DNA from: Dudresnaya verticillata
Lineage: Eukaryota
NCBI GenBank assembly: GCA_977862235.1
Contig: OZ374559.1
Span: 496,001 to 560,000, forward strand
Length of the DNA stretch: 64,000 nucleotides
Direction of reading: 5' to 3'
Below, in pieces: positions 59,791 through 64,000 of the stretch; the stretch's first letter is position 1; each line of letters begins with the position of its first letter. The notes under the pieces were generated by a model, which did not search any database, was not told the DNA's origin, and was given only the letters and a program-made list of their open reading frames with translations. A program made the position numbers and the translations under genes.

Positions 59791-62700
59791 TTGCGGAGGT
59801 CCCACGAGAACTTGGGACGCGACGGTAGATCTGGATCCATAACTTGGAAAACGGTTGACGGTATCACGGTAATGGTAACTGGAAACAGACGGAACGGTTT
59901 TTACTTCGGAGCGGACACACCTCTTCTTCTTCCTTCATTGGGAAGCGTGTGGGGTGCTCGCTTAGGTACTAAACATTACAAACGGAAAGTATATCTACAA
60001 CTAATCAGCACCGGTGCAAAGTTGGCATGCAACAGGTCTCAGCTGTACCGATATGAATCTGACATGCAACAGTTCTCAAACAGTCGAAGCGGGGAGAGAG
60101 CGCTGCAAAATCAGTAGCTCGATTCTGAGCTTCCTGTTTCACAACAAGCATCATGTTCGGTGACTCAACAGCTCCAAACAACTACAGGAGGCTGCCCTTC
60201 GAACGTATGAAATGTTTACGAGTACATGTATGCGATGTGTATACCCTTGAAGAGGATCACCGGGGATTAGCGGTCGGTGACCCCAACTGGTCGCATCCCG
60301 AAAGTCTTGATCAGCGGAGTTGCTGTTTAGAAAGCTCCCGCGATAGAGGCAGTTATCTGGTCTGGTTCATTTGCATGTCAATCCGTGAGGCCCGTGCGCA
60401 CGAGAGCACCAGGGTCAGTATGTCAGCATTACAGGCAAATTAAACTGGAAGGGAAAGAGATGGCGGGCGCTGGTCTAAGTTTAAGCAAGCTGCGTATGCC
60501 CAACAGAATCCTGAATGTCTATTTATCATTGCTAGCGCTTGAGAAATTCTCCCTCGAGTTAGTAAGGCGATGGAACTTTCTTTTCAGCACCTTCAGAGTG
60601 CTGAGAGGATATCTGGGGCAATCAACCCTTCAGCGCCGTTCTTGCGGAAGCGGGCAACATGAGCCACTGCCACTGCCGAACACATTGAATACGGTCAGGG
60701 TGTTACCGAACTGAAACTTTCCAGGTTGGTTGGCAAAGGGGTTTTTCCAATGGGGCCTTCATTTTCCCGTAACGCCTATGTGATATTTCAAGCCCACGTC
60801 AGATACCTTTATAGCCGAACTCAAGTCAAAGCACCGACACTCTGCCAAGGATTGGGAGTACGTAAATTCATAAGGCGTAGGAATAAGTTTGGTCTCGCAG
60901 CACTTGAAATTGCGAAGCAGCACGGTTGCATAGAGTACATTATAGCTCGGCCTTTAGAACTTGCAGATAATTAGCCATAAATCAAGAATTCCTCGATGAG
61001 TTACGCCAATGGGTTGAGTTGATCGAGAACGCACCAAAGCGGCATAAACAGTGGAACTTAGCCCGTGGCCGCTGTATTGTCGTCCTCCGCGATCATTTTC
61101 TTAAGTGGAGCCGCTTCGGGATCTGCGACAATTCGAGGGGATCCTCGTCGTAGTTCCTGCCGCTATCAGTCACAATCGATGCGGCATATGCAGCGTGGAG
61201 GGGCGTGCAAATAGGGAAGAGGCGGTAAGAGGTCTTGGTATGCAAACGGATGTGCGGTCTCCTTCACCGTTTCCACTCTTGGGTGTCCGCTTTCCTCGCG
61301 GTCCACCACACAGTTGCGCCTTTATTTTATATGCAGCGGATGCGCCCTAGCGGCGAATCCGAGGCCACTGCCTTCCTGAACTACTGCCACTGTTGTTTGC
61401 ACTACCGCCATTGTCGCCCACCGCAGGAGCCACACTGAGCACGCTCCTCGGTATCGCTAGAAATGTTTGGGCTCTTGACCCTTCGGGCATCGCGCACAAG
61501 CAAATAACAGTAGCCCCTTAATGTGGACCGCCACTGTCCCCGTCCAGCAGACGTGTCGGGAGCAGTGTTCCAGCGTCACAGAGCATACCACGGCCCTCCT
61601 CGTTGCGTTTCTAGCCCGGGAAACACCTTTTCACCACCATTCTCTCCTCCTAGGCATAGCGAAGGGTCCCTGGCCCTGAATAGAGACAAAACCCCTTCTT
61701 CATGATCTATCTAAGATAATACAACCCGTATTTGATGGCGGGAAGCTTAATGGGCTTTTAGCCCCTCACTACAAGTAGGTACCGTACCATCGTTCTGGGT
61801 AACATTAATGCCAGGCGTCCAATCATTGAGTATATTGGTACCCGAGTTCGCCCAGGCTATTTCCTACCGCTCTTATATTCCACACTACATAAGATAACAG
61901 AAAAATCAGCAACAGGTGTGTAATGGCAACACTGTGAAGATTGTCAGTAGGATGAAGGCTCTCATGCTGCGCCTATATCGCTTCAACAACCAGCATCCTG
62001 TCCGCCTTCTTGGCATTCTTAGGCGGCTAATGGAAGCATTCAACTTCGTAGGCTCGTGAGAAATGGCAGCGCCGTGAGTGTAATACTGGTTTCTAGACAG
62101 CACTGTGTCCCAGAACTGTTTAAGTCACCTTTTGCACAGTTCGGGACGACTAGTAGCCGAACCCCTCCGTCCTGAGCCTTAGTGTTCAAGAATCTCGTCT
62201 AGAGGTTCTTGATTGATGTTTTTATGGCCGCTGAGCAAGATTTATTGACCACCGCCAAGCAGCGGGACTTCAAACCAGAACCCTAGTTCGCTGTGATGAT
62301 TATTGCGCCAGCATATACTCAGAGTACAACCTGACGCACCAGTTCCTGCGTATTGTGCTTCCAGGATCAGACCCGAATTATCGGAGAAGATGACGCAGAT
62401 ACCCATGGTCCACATGTTGTGAAGTGCCATTCCGAATCCGAGACGGTGTAAATGCATATATTGTGGTCAGCACCGTTATGGGACAGGTGGAAATGTATCC
62501 GTGTCGGTGTTTTGTTAATTGCTGTTCGCCGGCGTTCATTGCTGTGCGTCTCTGCAGCGCATCAACAGTAGCGGAGTATTTATAGTGCTTATTATGTATT
62601 CTTGGTGCGTCTCGGTATATTTTGTAAAGTAGCGCTCCAATCAAGGAGAATGATACATATGTCCGTTTCGGAGATTGGGAGCAGCAGGGCCGATTCCACT

Positions 62701-63697
62701 ATTGGTCCAAACCATTAGGGTCTGACCCACACGGACCGGGTCACCCGAGGCCACCCTGACTTGTATATCAGGGCGGCGCCGCCACAGCTCCTAAGGCAAA
62801 CGGACAAATAACCCTTGAACCTCAATCCCATTGCATCTCTTTCCTTTTTCGGTTTTTGCCCACACGGTTTTCCCCGCACCGAGCCTGCTGCGGTCTACCA
62901 CCACCATGTAGTATCTTGAAAACACCACCGAGTGCGGGGCCCAAAAGAGACCCCAAAAAGGACCTGAAATACCCGTCGGATTTCGTCGCAAAACGGCCGA
63001 ACGTAGAACGGACCTACGCGCCGGTAGCAAGCATGGTAGAGCGGGAGTGCTTAGATGAAGCCGTATCCATAAACCTGAATAAGCAGCGGAAAATCGTCAA
63101 GTTGGGGAAAGGCTGCAAAACGCTACTCCCAACCTCTGACGGGACAGCTTCGTACCTTTTCTGGCCGAGCCGTAGTAATGGGCCTACTAAATAGGCCAAC
63201 ATCGGCCCCCGGGCTAATCTAGAGCTACTCTAAGTTAGTGGCCGGGGTTACTCCATAGAATCCATAATATATAGTTCTATAGATATTATGGCTGCTGCCA
63301 CATGCAGTAACCTCGGCCACTAACTGTATAATACTCTTACCCGGACTCCAAGCCACTTTAATAGCTCCGCCAGGCTAAATACAGTACTTGTTAGCCAGTT
63401 ATTGGCCACATTAGTTAGATTTTCCCGTGAATTTCCACTGTCTTCCTCTTGATTTCATCTGCGGCCAAATCCGTCTCTTGTTTGCGCTAGGCCATGAATC
63501 GGATCAAACGTGTCATCTCGACACCGTGCGCCTTAGTGTCGTCGTTGAATAAGATATTCCTGGATTTGGGACTGCAGTCGATTAGGAGGACGCCGATGAC
63601 GACACGCCGGAATAGCACCGCCTGAAAGTGAGGATATGGATCGAGAAGGGCGTGGAAGCGGGGGATGTAGTTCTAGGACGAGCCGGAGAGGGAATTA

Positions 63698-63997
63698 TTG
63701 TCACACTGCGGGTCCAAAAGGATCTCCGTAGGGGTCTTTGATCGTACGAAGAGGAGAAACATAGTGGAGATGTTGGAGAGTCAGGACATCGCAAACATTT
63801 ACTGCTGCCAATCGAAGCAATGCTTCGGAACCATCGAGTCAGTCTATATCAGGGCCGAGTCATTCATAGTCATGGACCAGAACGAGTTGGAAAGAAAGCG
63901 ATACGTCACGGGACTATTAAAACCCAACTCCAACATGTACATATTCAATGGGCGGCTAGTTTGTTACACATTTTGGAGAAGGCTTTCGGTTCTCTAG
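63698..63997 (+). pseudogene. Possible N-terminal part of a DNA-transposon protein at the window edge
   Basis: CC...C...YIFNGRLVCYTF pattern is reminiscent of N-terminal Cys motifs of Sola-like transposases; no catalytic motif is visible. Confidence 0.2.
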
Positions 63998-64000
63998 AGA

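Noticed and set aside
60385..63200. Scattered short ORFs near the right end
   Set aside because: No recognisable motifs; probably intergenic or highly decayed repeats.

Overview
Eukaryotic genomic DNA with intronless genes and TATA promoters. A florideophyte red alga is plausible from the look of the transposon remnants, but that is inference. Positions 1-45145 are a near-perfect tandem array of a ~5.99 kb unit (7 full units plus a partial 8th, continuing off the left edge). Each unit carries two convergent, inverted copies of one gene for a 137-aa secreted cysteine-rich precursor, giving 15 copies that all encode the identical protein. The precursor reads as signal peptide, 8-Cys acidic domain, acidic spacer ending in Arg, and a 33-aa cationic Tyr/Trp-rich 8-Cys tail with cystine-ladder beta-hairpin spacing. 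It is a candidate undescribed defence/antimicrobial or cross-linking peptide system under dosage amplification and concerted evolution. The array ends exactly at the stop codon of the last copy, which has a third, diverged 3' flank. To the right lie a 786-aa secreted protein built of 14 x ~53-aa CxxC-xx-G repeats (GCC2/GCC3, ephrin-receptor-like) and decayed mobile DNA: a PIF/Harbinger fragment, LTR-retrotransposon LTR/protease and gag remnants, and a TIR-bounded 4.1 kb piggyBac-like transposon whose transposase has an embedded YqaJ/lambda-exonuclease domain.
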